A stretch of DNA of 64,000 nucleotides, taken from Lama glama. Taxonomy: Eukaryota. The stretch is taken from contig CM052816.1 in NCBI GenBank assembly GCA_028534125.1, positions 31,746,001 to 31,810,000 on the forward strand, given 5' to 3'. Positions 1 through 12,995 of the stretch are shown one piece after another (positions within the stretch are counted from its first letter, which is position 1; each line of letters opens with the position of its first letter). A program made the translations under genes and the position numbers. The notes under the pieces are model-generated. The model ran no database searches. It was not told where the DNA came from and saw only the letters and a program-made list of their open reading frames with translations.

Positions 1-299
1 TGATGTGTTGTTTTTGAAATTCAAGTGCTGAGAGATGAGTAATCATGACTGTGGTCCAAGGCATGTGATCATCATAAGTATGCATGAGGCTCCTCTACTG
101 TTTCTGTTCTTATAATAATCTATATTTTTATATATGAAGTTTTATTTTAGATGAATGGTATTACTTTGTTACTTCTTCATGGGACCTGCTTTTATAACCC
201 GTACATGTTACATGAGTATACCTACTCTGTGACTTTTAAGTGATGCAAAGCACCCCACAGAGTACACTCACCATGTTTCACCTATCCACTCCTCCAGTA

Positions 300-776
300 A
301 CAGACCTTCCAACTGCAGAATATGCCACCCAGAAAGATACTGCTTTGACATAAAATTTTCATCTGAAGGCAATTAAGAAACAGCAAACACACAAGAAACT
401 TCCCCCTTTCTGCCTAAAGGTAAGATATAAATTCTTCTTTTACTGGAAACAGACCCTTACTGGCCCAGAGACCCCACCAGACAAATGTGCAAACAAACCT
501 TACTCATTAGTTTCCTCTCATACATTTACCTTCCCACAGTTTTCCACCCTTGGAAGCCTGAAACTGCCTTCCTTTCTCTTGTCATTTCTCCACAAATATA
601 TTATTCTTTGTTAAAGATGCTATAAAAGCCAAAATATTAAGCCACCACTTTGAGTTACTTTTCTCCTGCATGATGTGCACTGCTATTAACAAATATTTTT
701 TGCTTGCTAATCAGTCCTTTTGCTAAAGATCCCCAGCTGAAAAACCTAAGATGGGTAGTTTTGCCTCCCCTCCGCA
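300..776 (+). mobile_element. Solo ERV1-class LTR, MER34/MER39-like
   Basis: Opens with CAGAATATGCCACCC...CTGAAGGCAATTAAGAAACAGC, has TATAAAA at 621-627 and ends TTGCCTCCCCTCCGCA; resembles the recalled MER34 consensus. Confidence 0.7.
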
Positions 777-1869
777 TCATCTCAGACAGTCCCCTTGGCA
801 TTATAATTAAGAGTGGCATTCATGGGTCATTGGGTGAAACAGCAGGTAACTCAATTACAGGTGGGGATAAGGAGTGGAGAAAGTGTTATTTTTGCAATTA
901 TTATAAACAAGTGATGAAGAGTGATCAACGGGTTGAGAAATTCCACAGAAGAAATGCTGGACTTCTGAGAAGTCCAGAAAGAAGGAGGAGAACACATAGC
1001 CGTTCACAGTGTACAGAGATGTGGGAACAAGTGGGACCTGGGGAAAGTAAAAAACATTACTAAGATAAAGAGGAAAAAGACAATAAGAGGCACTGAAAAG
1101 GAGACTGTAGTAACAAGGAAGAGGATAGCGCACAAAACTCTAAGATTTGGGGGGAGACGCTCCCCTGTGCTGGGCCCCATACTTTAGGGGACCCCATCTT
1201 ACCCTCCTCCATCCACACCCCCATCAAAGAGACAGGGACCAAGGTGATGGGCCCACCCAGGGGCTGAGTATCTGCTTCTTTAAATGCTTGGAGTATAAAC
1301 ATCCTGAAATTCCTGCCTCAACGGCCCTAAAGCCAATTTCAGGTCTCGTTTGGTCCTCTCCCCTGATCCAGCTATCTGAGAGACAATCACCATGTATACG
1401 CTTGGGCGGCCCAGGATACAGGCAAGGGCAGCTGTTGCAATGTGTGTGGATAGAACTGGGACCCGTGGGCTGGTGTGTCGACCTACTTTCACATGAGACC
1501 CTATTTCAGGACAGAGTCAGACATGCAAAGATGAGGACCAGCTATGGGCCAGAGGTTGGAGGGGATGTGAGAGCCTGGCCTTACAGCTTCGTATTCCTTT
1601 GAGGAACTTAAAAGGTAAATAGTCCCAGGCCAGAAGTCTCCTTTATCATTCCAGTAAGAGGACAGAATTCCATTTTCTGGATTTTTTCATTACTGATGTT
1701 TCCTGCACCATAAAATGTCATCTGTCAGACCCTTCTCATGCAAGGCTCTCCAGATAACAGCATGTTAGACAATGTCCCCTCCCTTTATTATCATCCTTCA
1801 AAGGTATCCTCCTCCTCATCCTTTAATCTTCAAGGGATTTTACAAAATGAGCATCTCATCTGCCTTTTG

Positions 1870-2376
1870 AGGTCATTAGTTAGGATGCTTTTGGTTCCAA
1901 ATAATGTGGTAGCCTAACTCAAAACAGATTAAGCAAAAAGGTAGTTTACTGGCTCACATAACTGAAAAGTCACTCAGGTAAAGCTTGATTTAGTAGCTCA
2001 CTGATTTCTTCCTATCTTGCCACTCTGCCTTCAGCATGGTTTTCTTCATCCAGCATTGGTCCCCATTATGGTCTCAAGAGAGACAGTTCTATCAGCAGCT
2101 CCACATACTATATGCTTATCCTTCCTCATCTTGTGGAAAATAATATAGTTGTCCTTACATTCTCCATAAATTCAATCTAATTATAATAGTTAAGGTTACC
2201 TGCCCACACCTGAATGAGTCCAGTGAAACAAAATTCACAAGTAATTACAATCTTAGCTTCTAACTCTGAAGTTAGAACACAGAGATAAAGCCAGCTTTCC
2301 AGGAAACACAAATTCTCACATGAAAATTTAGAAAAGAAATAAAGGAGCAATAGTTGTTGGCACAAATGTCCACTAC
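1870..2376 (-). mobile_element. Old MaLR LTR (MLT1J/K/L-like)
   Basis: TTAGTTAGGATGCTTTTGGTT...CTAACTCAAAACAGATTAAGCAAAAAGG...TTTACTGGCTCACATAACTGAAAAGTC at one end and ATGTCCACTAC at the other, typical of MLT1K in reverse orientation. Confidence 0.65.
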
Positions 2377-2454
2377 GCTCTGCATAAATGATAATTTTCT
2401 AAAGACATAAGTATCCTTAGGATTTTTACAAATACACTTATGGATGTTTTGAAA

Positions 2455-2474
2455 TCTCTCTCTCTCTCTCTCTC
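2455..2474. repeat. (TC)10 microsatellite
   Basis: Directly visible dinucleotide run. Confidence 0.9.
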
Positions 2475-3084
2475 AAAAGAAGAAAATGATACCCTCTCTA
2501 AACTCTTATCCCACCCCCACAAAAAGCAGCCACATTATTCTTTCTTTAACAAAGTGGAATTTAAAGATCTCTTCTAGAAAAAGATGGATGATGATAAAGG
2601 AGCTGTTTCAGGAGCTGACCCAGAAAGTAATGATTAATTATATTCTTGCAGGCTGAACTGTCCAATGTACTGGAGGGCATCATCTTTCTTCCAGCATCTA
2701 AAGAGGTCAAGAGATTCTTTGCCTGTGGCAGTGAGATATGAATGGAAGGTTAGTCACTTGATCCTTCCACAGAAGCAATAATTCACCACCTCCAAGACGA
2801 GCTCTCCAAAGGAGTGCATTTGAGGGATTGTATAAAACCAATCCACTCATCCGAAATGGGCAGATCCTTAGAAGCTGTTTTAATGAAAGTCTGCTTACCT
2901 GGAGAACTCAGATTGGCTGCCTACCTAGACTTAAGTCCTGATGGATACTTCAGACAGACTATGATGATCTAAGGAATGATGAAAGGTTTATCATCTTAAA
3001 AGGATAGTAAAACTTACATTTTATTTGTAATCCAACTTTTAGTTGAGATTTCAACTCCAGTTAAAATTTTAATTATGCTTGAGG

Positions 3085-3566
3085 TAAACTGTTACACTAA
3101 TGGCCCCAGTGAATTATATCTTTTAGTATCCATGCCTACTGGGTTTTACACCCACACACACACAAACATACACGCACTCTCACTCTGACTCTGAGTTTGG
3201 CCACATGACTTGCTTCAGCCAGTGGAACATTATCAAACAACACAACAGAAGCGTGAAAAGTGCTTGCCTATTGGGAACTAGCCCATCACCATGTAGGAAA
3301 GCCCAGGTAGCTCCTGGAGGATGAGAGAGCATGTGGAGTAAGGTCTCTGCTGTTGTGGCCACCCCAGCTATTCCAGACATCCTATCCAAAGTCCAAATGC
3401 ATGTGTGAGTCCAGCCATCACTATGCGGAACAGAAATGAACTGATCCAAGTTGAGCTCAACCCATACTGCCAACCCACGGAATTATAAGCAAATAAATGA
3501 ACGTTGTTTTGAACCGCTAAGTCTTTTGAAGTTACATTACTGATAAAACAAACTATAACTGGCACA
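3085..3566 (+). mobile_element. MaLR LTR (MLT1F/G/H-like)
   Basis: GGCCACATGACTTGCTTCAGCCAGTGGAACAT, GGAGGATGAGAGAGCATGTGGAG, AATAAA at 3492-3497, ends AACTGGCACA. Confidence 0.75.
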
Positions 3567-4069
3567 ACTCTTAGATGTTGAAACACCTACTCACCTTGTT
3601 CTCCATCACAGGTGACCAATAAATGTCTTCTGAATTATTTAACAAATTAATCTAATGGTGCTGGCCATCCATTTGAATTGTGTATTTGTAAAAAGCTTTT
3701 CTAATAGAATGTCAGAAAAGATAAAGTTTTACTACAGAATTCATTTCAGTCCTTTATTTTATTCAAAAAGAGACATATAGGGTGCCATCTTCTATTTAGT
3801 AAAGTTATAAAATAGGCTTTAATAGTAAATAAAGTAACGGACCTAAAAAGTTTAGTTTGGTTTCTGACCCTCAAAACGTGTTATTACTGATGACATGAGG
3901 GTGACTGTGAATATGATGATGACGACTGTAAACTCCGCAAGTACGGAGACTGTTTATTCACAGTACATTAGTCACAACATCATGCAAATATTAAAAATGT
4001 AAGGTTTATGATGAAGAGGACGATGATACTAGGTAAGTATAGCAGAGAGAGGTTTTACACATTCTACTT

Positions 4070-4700
4070 GGAATACATTGTGATTCTTCTTTAATAAGAG
4101 AACTCACATCTTTCCTCAGTTACACAAAGTTCTTATTTCATCAAATATTACCTCTGCTCCATTCTCTTTTTTGCATTCCTTACATTGCTTTTCCTATCAT
4201 CTTTAACTGTAACTGCTTCTGAACCTATTTTATTATGTCTCTGTCAGACTCCCTAGATTCTTTCCTTTAATGATATTAGTTCAACTAATTCTCTCTTCTT
4301 CTACACCTCATCATCTATTTAAGTCATCTCTCACGTTTACAATTTCAAGGATTGTATTTTTTACTTCTAAACGTCTGTTTGGTTCTTTTTTTCTAAGCCA
4401 CCTATTCTTTTTACACGATTTTATTCCTTCATTATGTTTTTTATTTATTCTTTCATCTTTATAGTCATTTTAAATATTCTTATTTGATAGTTTCTGATTT
4501 AAAATGCCTGGATCTTAGGATACTAATTAGTCTGTTGCTTGCATCTGCTTGACTTCACTTATACTGTGTAGTTTTTAAACATTAGGTCATCTTCAAGGAA
4601 CAATGTTTATTCCTTGGGAGTCCTCTGTTTTCTAGTTTATAAAACTATTGGAATGGAGTGATTTCAGTCTTGTTTATGCTTGGAGAGTAAGGAGTTTCAA
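4070..4700 (-). mobile_element. Ancient L1 (L1ME/HAL1-like) ORF1-region fragment
   Basis: T-rich plus strand with motifs AGTTCAACTAATTCTCTCTTC and TTTCAAGGATTGTATTTTTTACTTCTA, typical of antisense old L1 5' regions. Confidence 0.55.
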
Positions 4701-5391
4701 CCGTCCTGTACCATTTTTAATGTCCAAATACCTGATAGGACACCAGGTCCTTTTGGGTAACCTCTGGACACAACCTCCAAGTCCAAGTCCAAGTCCAACC
4801 ACACACCTCAGTGGTAAGCTAACAAACAGACTTGTTCCTCCCCTCTCCCAGATCACGTGTCTTATACTTGCTGTAATTCCTGATGTGTCCTAAGCACAGT
4901 CTGAATCACCTTCTACACAGTCATCTTTCCTCCTGTTCTCTATTCATTTCTCTTTTCCTTCGTCTTTAGCTTTTTCCTTCACTTCCCACTTTTTGGTAGC
5001 ACGTGTACCTAGCCTGGTCTTCAGTTCCACCTCCTCAAATTCCTCCTCCTCCATCTGCACTGGAATGACTTACCAAAGTTCTGTTTGAAAATTATCAAGT
5101 AAGGATGTGATCAATGACTCCGATCTCAAATAGCAGTCTATACAGAAAATATATAGATTTTGGGAGGATTGTGGACTTTATTACAAGATTTATTTATGAA
5201 TCTAAGACTAAGTTTTGTTAAGAATAAAATTAATGAGATCAGCCTTTAGAATATTAGTCTTAAATCTACCTCACAGAGAGACTGCCAAAACCAAACAATA
5301 ATGGACCTCACATATTTAAAATTTTAAGGGTAGATGAATGGTAGTAGCTTTAGGAAAGCTAAAAACAGTTCATTGTTCTGGCAAGATTCTT

Positions 5392-5534
5392 TTTGGGGGT
5401 AGAGAGAGGGCAGGGAGGTAATTAGGTTTTCATTTATCTATTTCTTTCTTCATGGAGGTGCTGAGGATTAAACTCAGGATCTTCTGCATGCTAAGCATAC
5501 ACTTTATACCACTGAGCCATAACTTCCCCTCACA
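5392..5534 (-). mobile_element. tRNA-derived SINE of camelid type (vic-1-like)
   Basis: Reverse strand gives a tRNA-like head with A box (GGCTCAGTGG) and B-box-like GAGTTTAATCC, then the AAACCTAATTACCTCCC tail; degenerate TSD GCAAGATTCTT (5381-5391) / GCAAGGCTCTT (5535-5545). Confidence 0.85.
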
Positions 5535-8229
5535 GCAAGGCTCTTGAAAATCAACAACAAAATGACAGGGTCATGGAAAAAAAGGCCTAATTCTCTAAAA
5601 TTGATGGCAGTTATATTTCCTATGAAGCAAACTCATTAGAAATAGTACTGCCTGAACAGTGGGGGAAAAAAAATTTAGTGAGTTTCTGAACTTAGAAATG
5701 AGAAAACAAATGTGCACATTGCTCCAGAGGACAGCCCTGAGATTTCTCTTCCCCATACAAGTCTTGAAAAAGAAACCAGCGGTTGAGGGGATGGCAGGGA
5801 CAAAGCAGAGATCTCCATGCCCACAACTCACCACGTCTAGGAGGATGAGAAATTGGGAGCAGACACCTACTCATGTATCCATACACACTGGGAAACATCA
5901 AGGGAGTGAAAGGTCCAGAGATGGTCAGGGATGTGGCCATTCATTCAGCGATGTCTGATGAGAACCTGCTACATGTAAGGCACTGCTATGCTGAGCAGGG
6001 AAGGAGATGAGAGCTATTTAAAATTAAGATTCTAACCTCTATAATTTTCTAATCTGTTGTAAACCAAAAATAGGATAAAATGTCACGTTGAAGTGCCACA
6101 TGAGTAATACTATAAAAAGTTAAAAACATCCAGCAGATATTTAAAAAAATTTTTCTTTTTTAAAAACCCAATTCTGGTTAAAGAAAAAGCACAAGTTTGT
6201 CACTGGCACTCCTCCACTCCATGACAGAAATTGCTCCCCCCAAAATCAAGTTTTCTTAAATATTTAGTCAGAGAATGAGTAGCAGCCCCAAGTCTTCATA
6301 GGCCCATTTATATCTTCAGCACAAAACTAAAGAAGGACCCTTTAAGCTTTGAAACTGTAAGAAGTGTTTGTCAGGCCACATCTCGTGGACATCTACAGCT
6401 TTTGTCAAGAAGGCAGCTCCCTGGTCTGCTCCTGCAGCTGGTCACAATTGGCCACCCCCAAAATGCCACTGTCCATTTCTCAGGTCTCACAGAAAATAAA
6501 TAAAATACCATCCAGAGTAGCCAAATCCTCTTCAACATCATCAAACTGCAAGGAATTGCCCACCCTGATGGAACCTGAAACCCTGGCCAGCAAGGTTCAG
6601 CCTTGGCTCCACCATCACACAGCCAGTGCCCGCTGGACACCACACTTCACTTCTCAGGGATTCTGCCCCACAGCGAACAGCAGTGTAGCCTAGATTATCT
6701 CTAAAACCCATCTTGCCCTGGATTTTATGACACTAAGGGATTTCTAGGTTGCCAAGTGCTTTCCTCTCTCATGCTGCTCATTTGATGGAAACAGTCATAC
6801 AAAGAATTTCAGTACAACCATGGAGCTATTAGCGCTGTCTTAAATAGGAGTTTATTAGAGACTTGTTCTTCTTTGCTTTTTCCTGGATGTTCACAGTCTC
6901 TGCCCTGCCCTCTACAACTTGGGTAAATGGGTATTACTTCTCCCCCTTAATCATCACACTGAAAGTCTCCAAATCCAAGCGCAAAATGGTGGCTCCTCAG
7001 AGGCGACAACATGGAATTAGATGTCTGCAGTTTCACATATCCCAAGCAAGCAATTTAAAATGTCAAATAGTGAGCCGTTTCTTTGTGCTACATAAAAGAA
7101 CTCCTCCTGAATCCCCCAGACAACCCATTTGCAGAATTGCTAGTAAATCAACATAATTTGTTTTTCCCAAGACTGTACTCTGCTAGGGAAACCTCCTTCA
7201 AAACTGCTGAAGCTGCTGCAATTATATAAAATTATTGCATCTCACAATAAGGAACTTCCTTATAATTGGTCATGCAAATGAGAGACAATAATACATATAT
7301 AATTTAGACAGTCTGTTGTTCCCAAGTTTGTTTAATTTCGTCAGTGTTCCCTTTGCTTCATAAAATCCCAGAATTCTACAATTCAGCAGATAGGAGGTAT
7401 TCCAGGGAAACACAATTTGCTTGAGTGAATTCAAATATTTAGTATATAATTTATGTTAAATATTTGCAGCATGTGAATGCAAATACACCATCACTCTGAC
7501 ATCTATCACTGCAGAATGGAGAATAATTAGACTTCATTTTTAAGCAGCTGACAGGCAGATTTTTTTTTCCAGAAGTCTAACAGAAAGCCTGCAGGCAAGT
7601 CAATAGAATCTAAGTCCACACACCTGGCACCACCAAAGAAAATGGATCAGAGCCCAAGGTGGTGTCCTTTGTTAGGTTCTTTTCTTGAAAGAGGGACTGC
7701 CTCAAGGCTCACCCTTGAATCATGTTGGTTTATGGGAATGGATATGCCCTTGATCAAAGAACATCCCCGAAATTTAAAAAGGCAGTTTTTTCTAGTGGCA
7801 AAAAGAAGGCTCAATAAAACTCAAGAACCATGGCTACATGTCACCATCCAAAGGAGACCTTGGGGGGCAGGTGGACACTGCCAACATCCTTGGTGGGACC
7901 TAGTGACAAAGCTGGGTGAGTCCCTGCTGGGGGGAGGGGGTCTCAGTGCCAGATGGAGAGGAATGTGCTCTTAAATCTTTTCTCCCATTAAAACAATACA
8001 AAACAAAATAAACAAAAACAAAAAAACATGGCTCCTAGCAAGGCTTTTTGACTGACTAGATCTGTGATCATTATAAAGGCAACTTGCTTCTCCAATACTC
8101 CATTTCCTCAGGGACAAAATGGAGGAGTTAAGTTACATAATCTCTATGCTATCCTTTCACTATAAACAATTACACATCCACCTATGACAAATATTTGCTA
8201 TCACACAAAAATTTCCTATGGAGTTATGG

Positions 8230-8400
8230 CAAGAATGTGGCCTAAAGACTGACAGGTCAAGGGTTGAATCCCAGCTTTAAGGTATCAACTGTATGAGTTT
8301 ATACAGGTGCTAGCTCTCGGAACGTTAGCTTCTTCATCTACGAAATGAATTTGGACGCAGGGGATTAAGTGTTTACCTGGCATATAGTTATCATAAAAAA
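8230..8400 (+). mobile_element. MIR SINE fragment
   Basis: GGGTTGAATCCCAGCTTTA...AGCTTCTTCATCTACGAAATG core-like motifs. Confidence 0.5.
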
Positions 8401-8602
8401 TACTCAGCCTACACCAAGACAACCCTAGGCAAGATTGTGAAATGAGTTAAGACTGTCTAGAGTCCCTTCTCCCTGCATTTTCTATTTGTCTTTAAACTTA
8501 TACCCCTGCCTTTATGCTGTTTCCTTCTTCCAAACATGATAACCAAACCCCACTAAGACTAGGGAGATACAATGTATTAGCAGTATTTCTATGCAACATA
8601 CT

Positions 8603-8840
8603 ATAGAAGCTAAGAGCACAATATCTAGATTCAGACAGATCTGGGTTCAAATCCCGATTCCATCCTTCACTAGTCACTTGACAGTAGGCAAGTTATTTTC
8701 TCCATGTTTCAAGTCCTCCATCCATAAAATGATGATAATACTAATATCTACCTGTATAGACTTGATATAAAGACTAAATAAAACGTTCATGACCTGCTTA
8801 GTGTTATGCTAGGTAACACTAAGGTGAGCATCTAATAAAG
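8603..8840 (+). mobile_element. MIR SINE, near full length
   Basis: TAAGAGCAC...CAGACAGATCTGGGTTCAAATCCC...GGCAAGTTA...CCTCCATCCATAAAATG...ATAATACTAATATCTACCT...AATAAA. Confidence 0.8.
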
Positions 8841-9127
8841 AAGGGTTCTGGTTACATTTATTCTCACATCCTGTTAATGCCTCAAGTTTAGCTTGTAAAT
8901 AAATAAACATCTTCTGTCTTTACATAAGAACTTCAACCACACTTCCCCTCTCCTGACTAATTCATTTATAAAAATTCATTGCAGTCTTTACATTCTTTTT
9001 CAACTTCACTTTGTTCTTTTGAGCCCTACATGTAATTCCCTTACTCTCTTCCAGCTTTCTTCAGAGAAAAAAGGCAGCCTGTTTGCCTAGGATTCCACCC
9101 TTAAATTTCTAGCATTACCCAGTTCCT

Positions 9128-9325
9128 TCTCATTCATTCCTCCGTGCAGCTAATCATGGAACAATCTTGGAATGAGTACCTCTTATTTGCCAGTCTTGGT
9201 TAGGAGCTGGGAATGTGAGAACAGCAGAGACTGTCTTCAGGCAGGTAACTGCAAAACAGAAGAGACATATTTAAGAGACATTAAGGACGCAACATCAACA
9301 GGACTGGAAGCTGACGGATGCTGCA
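9128..9325 (-). mobile_element. L2 LINE 3' fragment
   Basis: CATTCATTC tail, TGAGTACCTCTTATTTGCCAG, TAGGAGCTGGGAAT, CATCAACAGGACTGG. Confidence 0.5.
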
Positions 9326-10829
9326 GACTGGGAGCAAAGTTCATTCTTTAATCCCTCTCCACATTCTTTAAAAAGTTTTTGTATGAGTATGCTTTGGTCT
9401 GCATACTCTTTGCTACTGAGCACCACCATAAGGTAGATTATGCAGTATCAGCAATATTAATGTAATGGGGAGACATTTTTTGAACTTCTGGAAATTCACA
9501 CACACATGTATTTTCTTGGAAACACATTTTCCAGTAGCTGAAACTAGCAGAAACTGACTCAGGGAAAGGAAAGTTTAAGTACTTTAACTACACATATGCT
9601 TAATAATTTGATTTGGGACCTTTGGAGCCTTTGAGAATAATTGGTCATCTTGGAGTTGCAAAGTTCTTTTAAGGGCCAGGGCTCTACTGATGAAAAGTAC
9701 AAAACAGAATCATTGCATGTACTTTACTCTGCAAAAGAAAGCAAAGGCTATTCTGGAACGACATAGTTGAGTTAATGAATAACTAAACTTAAATTGCTCT
9801 GCCAAAATAATGTAAAACGTTGAAAATCAGGACATGACTTACTTATTGCTTCCTTATAAAGCAGATAAGGAAAAGCGCTGGGGTCCTAAGACCCAGGAAA
9901 TTAGGGATGAGAAATTAAAGATAAGAAAGGAGACACTTATATTGGAAGATCAATGGCTCCTAGCAACATGGCGGCAATCCAGAGTCAAGAAGAAAGAGTC
10001 AGTAGGGGGTCCATATGTTGCACATGGATGGACCCCAGAAGCAGTAATATATGTGTCCAGGTTTATTTTCCTTTTCTGTGGTATAATCCACCTCTCACAC
10101 CCTCTTTGTTGCCTTTAAACTCAGTAAAGTCTATTAAAACCTTTTGTGTCCATTGGGTGGGGAACATTTAAAGGAAGGGCTATATCCATGCACAGAGAGA
10201 CGGGGACAAGGGAAGCAGCTCAGTAATGTGGAAAAGCTTTCTGGAGGTGCAAAAAATGAAATAGTAAGAGAAGTCAGAACAGTGGTTTAAAGGGAAGTGT
10301 GGCCAACAAAGAAGACCCAGCATTTCCTGGGATCCTCAGAAATATTTGGGAAGGTAAGTAAACTTCCTAGGCTCACAAGAGCTGCAGACTCAGATTATTA
10401 AAAGAAAAATGGGACTTAGAAACAGTAGAGATCTTGCAGAAATTGGCACATGAGGAAAGTACTTACAGAAGATAATGGTCCTAGCTTATAAGAGAAGGCC
10501 AGAATGCAATCCACTGCATACTGAATCAACTTCATTAAATAGGGCGTAAGCAAAAGCTCAAAAGTACCCAAATCCCAGGCCTCCCAAATGCTTTAAAGTG
10601 AGTCTCAGAGGACTTCTTGGGGTTTTTAAACTTCATAAAGACAAAATCCAAAGATGTTATGAGAAGAAAGTCAGTAAAGCTCAGCCGTCCTAGTCAGGGC
10701 CTTCACCTGCTTATTTCTTTTACCAAGGATGCCCTTTGGTGATGCACGATGACCTTCCATTCCCAGGGAACCCCATTAAAGAACGACAGAAAGCTAACTG
10801 GCCTGCCAACTCTTTTGCTAAATGTGTTG

Positions 10830-11220
10830 TAAGACGGGAAATCTCATAGTTTTCTTCATAACCTTCTCAAGTTTTTAAATCACTTAAAGTCCAAAAGTTC
10901 TTATTATCAGACCAATTATCTCTTACAGCAATTCTAGCCTAATTCATCTTCCTTTGGCCCTCCATGGAGATGAAGAGCCCCTAGTCAGCATCCTCTCTCT
11001 ACTTCTCGATAGCAGTGATGGAAGAATTACAGGGTGATCTCTTCTTATTTTCTTATATAGACTAGACAACATCACTCATTTTGTCTCACAGGACCATTCC
11101 TCCAATTCATCCCTTTCATAATTTCTACCATTCTAGCCTCTTTGATTTTCTGCACTAATTTTAAATTAAAAAGCAAACTGGAAACAGTAAGTTTAGGACC
11201 AGTACAAAGTAGACTAAGAA
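10830..11220 (-). mobile_element. L3/CR1 LINE fragment
   Basis: AAAAGTTCTTATTATCAGACC...CCCTCCATGGAGATGAAGAGC...GTCAGCATCCTCT...AGACTAGACAAC resembles the recalled antisense L3 3' region. Confidence 0.55.
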
Positions 11221-11544
11221 GATATGTGACTTCACTTTTATAACACAATTGTACCAATGGCATACTCACTTTGAAATTTTCTTTAAAATGTCATTGTTCA
11301 CGCATATTCAACTATGGAAATCAATATCAATTGTATGAATTTGCTGTGTGCTAAAACAGTGACATTTTCAATTCTGTTAAACAACGCTCTGTTCTATAGA
11401 AAACTTTCTAAAACATTTAGTTTAAAAAAATCCAGTTGTTAGAGATGCTCAGGGAATCCACCAAATATGGCTAAAAGATAACTTTGACACTGAAAGCAGA
11501 GTTATTGTCTGCCAAAACTACTCTTCTTCTGATTGGGTCATTAT

Positions 11545-11790
11545 GGACCTCCAGCTGCCTGATCTAATGACATTTTCTGACCTCATCTTCCTTGATCTCT
11601 CATCAGCCACACCCAATGGAATCCTTCTGTGAAATATGCCTTCTGTTTTCCTTGGATGATCTCACACTCTGGGTTTTCCTCTTCTCTCTCTACTGTTCCT
11701 TCTCACTCTCTTTGGCCAAATCCTCCTCCTCCTCTCCCTAACCTTTACCTCCTAAAGTTTCTCAGTCATCTTGTTTCATCTTCTCTTTTT
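11545..11790 (+). mobile_element. L2 LINE internal (RT-region) fragment
   Basis: CCTCATCTTCCTTGATCTCTCATCAGC (the LDLSAAFD-coding region) and CACACTCTGGGTTTTCCTC; pyrimidine-rich L2 signature. Confidence 0.65.
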
Positions 11791-11819
11791 TAAAGCACTC
11801 CCAGCCTCTTCACTGGGGA

Positions 11820-12004
11820 GGCCTTCAACTGACTGAACGAGTTCTACCCACATTATGGAGGGTAATCTGCTTTACTCAAAGCCCACTGATGTAAATATTA
11901 CTCATATCTTAAAAATATCCTCACAAAAGCACCTAAAATAATGTTCAATCAAATATCTGTGTACCATGGCCTATCCAAGTTGAGACATAAAAGTAATCAT
12001 TACA
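11820..12004 (-). mobile_element. MLT2 (ERVL) LTR, 5' part
   Basis: GCCTTCAACTGACTG...CCCACATTATGGAGGGTAATCTGCTTTACTCAAAG...CCAAGTTGAGACATAAAAGTAATCATTACA matches the reverse of the MLT2 start. Confidence 0.85.
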
Positions 12005-12579
12005 TGCATATTTCAGAAATATCTAAAAGACATAAGATTCTTTTTAGGTTTTCAAACTTTACTGCATGAACGATTTACTGGAAAATATGTTAAACCTCCT
12101 ATTATTATTGGGTACCATTTCTGTTTCTGGTGATTTAATGATAAATTTGTGAGAATTTACTCCAAGATCTTCTAACTATCTTCAAAGGAGCCTCAGACAC
12201 TCTCTGGGGTTGGAGGGAAGCCCGGGAGAAATCTCTGTATTTCCTCAATGTTTTCATACAGGTAAAGCTAGGTATATATATGTATGTTTATATATACAAA
12301 GCTTTGACTTGAAAAAGTAAAGTCACAAAAGGACAATAATATGCAATCAGAGCAGGAAACATGGAAAAGCAATTCTCCCATTTCATTTTAAGAAAGAAAT
12401 AGCATATACATTGTATACATTTATCTAATACATAAATATTTTTATATACTTATTTATTTCCAGATTTTTCTTTTAGAATCTTCTGGAAAAAATATATTCT
12501 TCTCACCCACAGCTCTACCTCAAAGCTCAGTCCAAAACTCATGGCTCTGGTGTCCCACCATAACCTGGAAAAAACAAAC

Positions 12580-12995
12580 ACTGTGGTGTGCTCCACAGAT
12601 CTTCCTACAGGACTGAAGGATCTGATGCTCTGGGAAACATGGTGGCTGACAGCTCTCAACTGTCACTTCTTTCCAGAAATTGTTTCAGCTGAAGAGAGGT
12701 TTTACCCCAGGGCACACCTCCTTCCTGGGGGGAGCCTCCAACCAGTCAGTGACTGTCAACACAGGAACATAAAGTACAAGCCCCCTTGCTGCAACGTAGA
12801 ATAACATTCAGTTTCAGAACTTCCCCTGAAGTTAGCTGAGAACATCTTTGAGATTGCAGCCCCACTTCCTCTGATCAGTCCTGCTCCTTTCCCTTTCCTT
12901 CCACTCCCTAGGTGCTGAGCTCAAGTGTTTCCTAAGAAATCTCCTACATACCAATACTAATTTGAGAATCTGCAGAGACACGGGTAGAAAACCCA
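12580..12995 (+). mobile_element. LTR16-family (ERVL) solo LTR
   Basis: CTCTCAACTGTCA...CAGCTGAAGAGAG...CAGAACTTCCCCTGAAGTTAGCTGAG...CCTGCTCCTTTCCCTTTCC...AGGTGCTGAGCTCAAG resembles LTR16C. Confidence 0.75.

Noticed and set aside
704..1602. ORFs of 119 and 151 aa downstream of the ERV1 LTR as retroviral gag/leader
   Set aside because: No primer-binding site after the LTR end and no gag/pol motifs; the LTR appears solo.
2640..2755. Possible + strand exon after TTCTTGCAG
   Set aside because: The phase-0 frame hits TGA before the plausible GTTAGT donor and the peptide is not recognised; no other support.
4777..4800. (CCAAGT)n short tandem repeat
   Set aside because: Only about four units of simple slippage, with no spacers or array structure.
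5392..5534. SINE heads (here and at about 42400, 46330 and 50700) as tRNA genes
   Set aside because: They have A/B boxes but also SINE tails and mostly TSDs, with no complete cloverleaf or acceptor stem.
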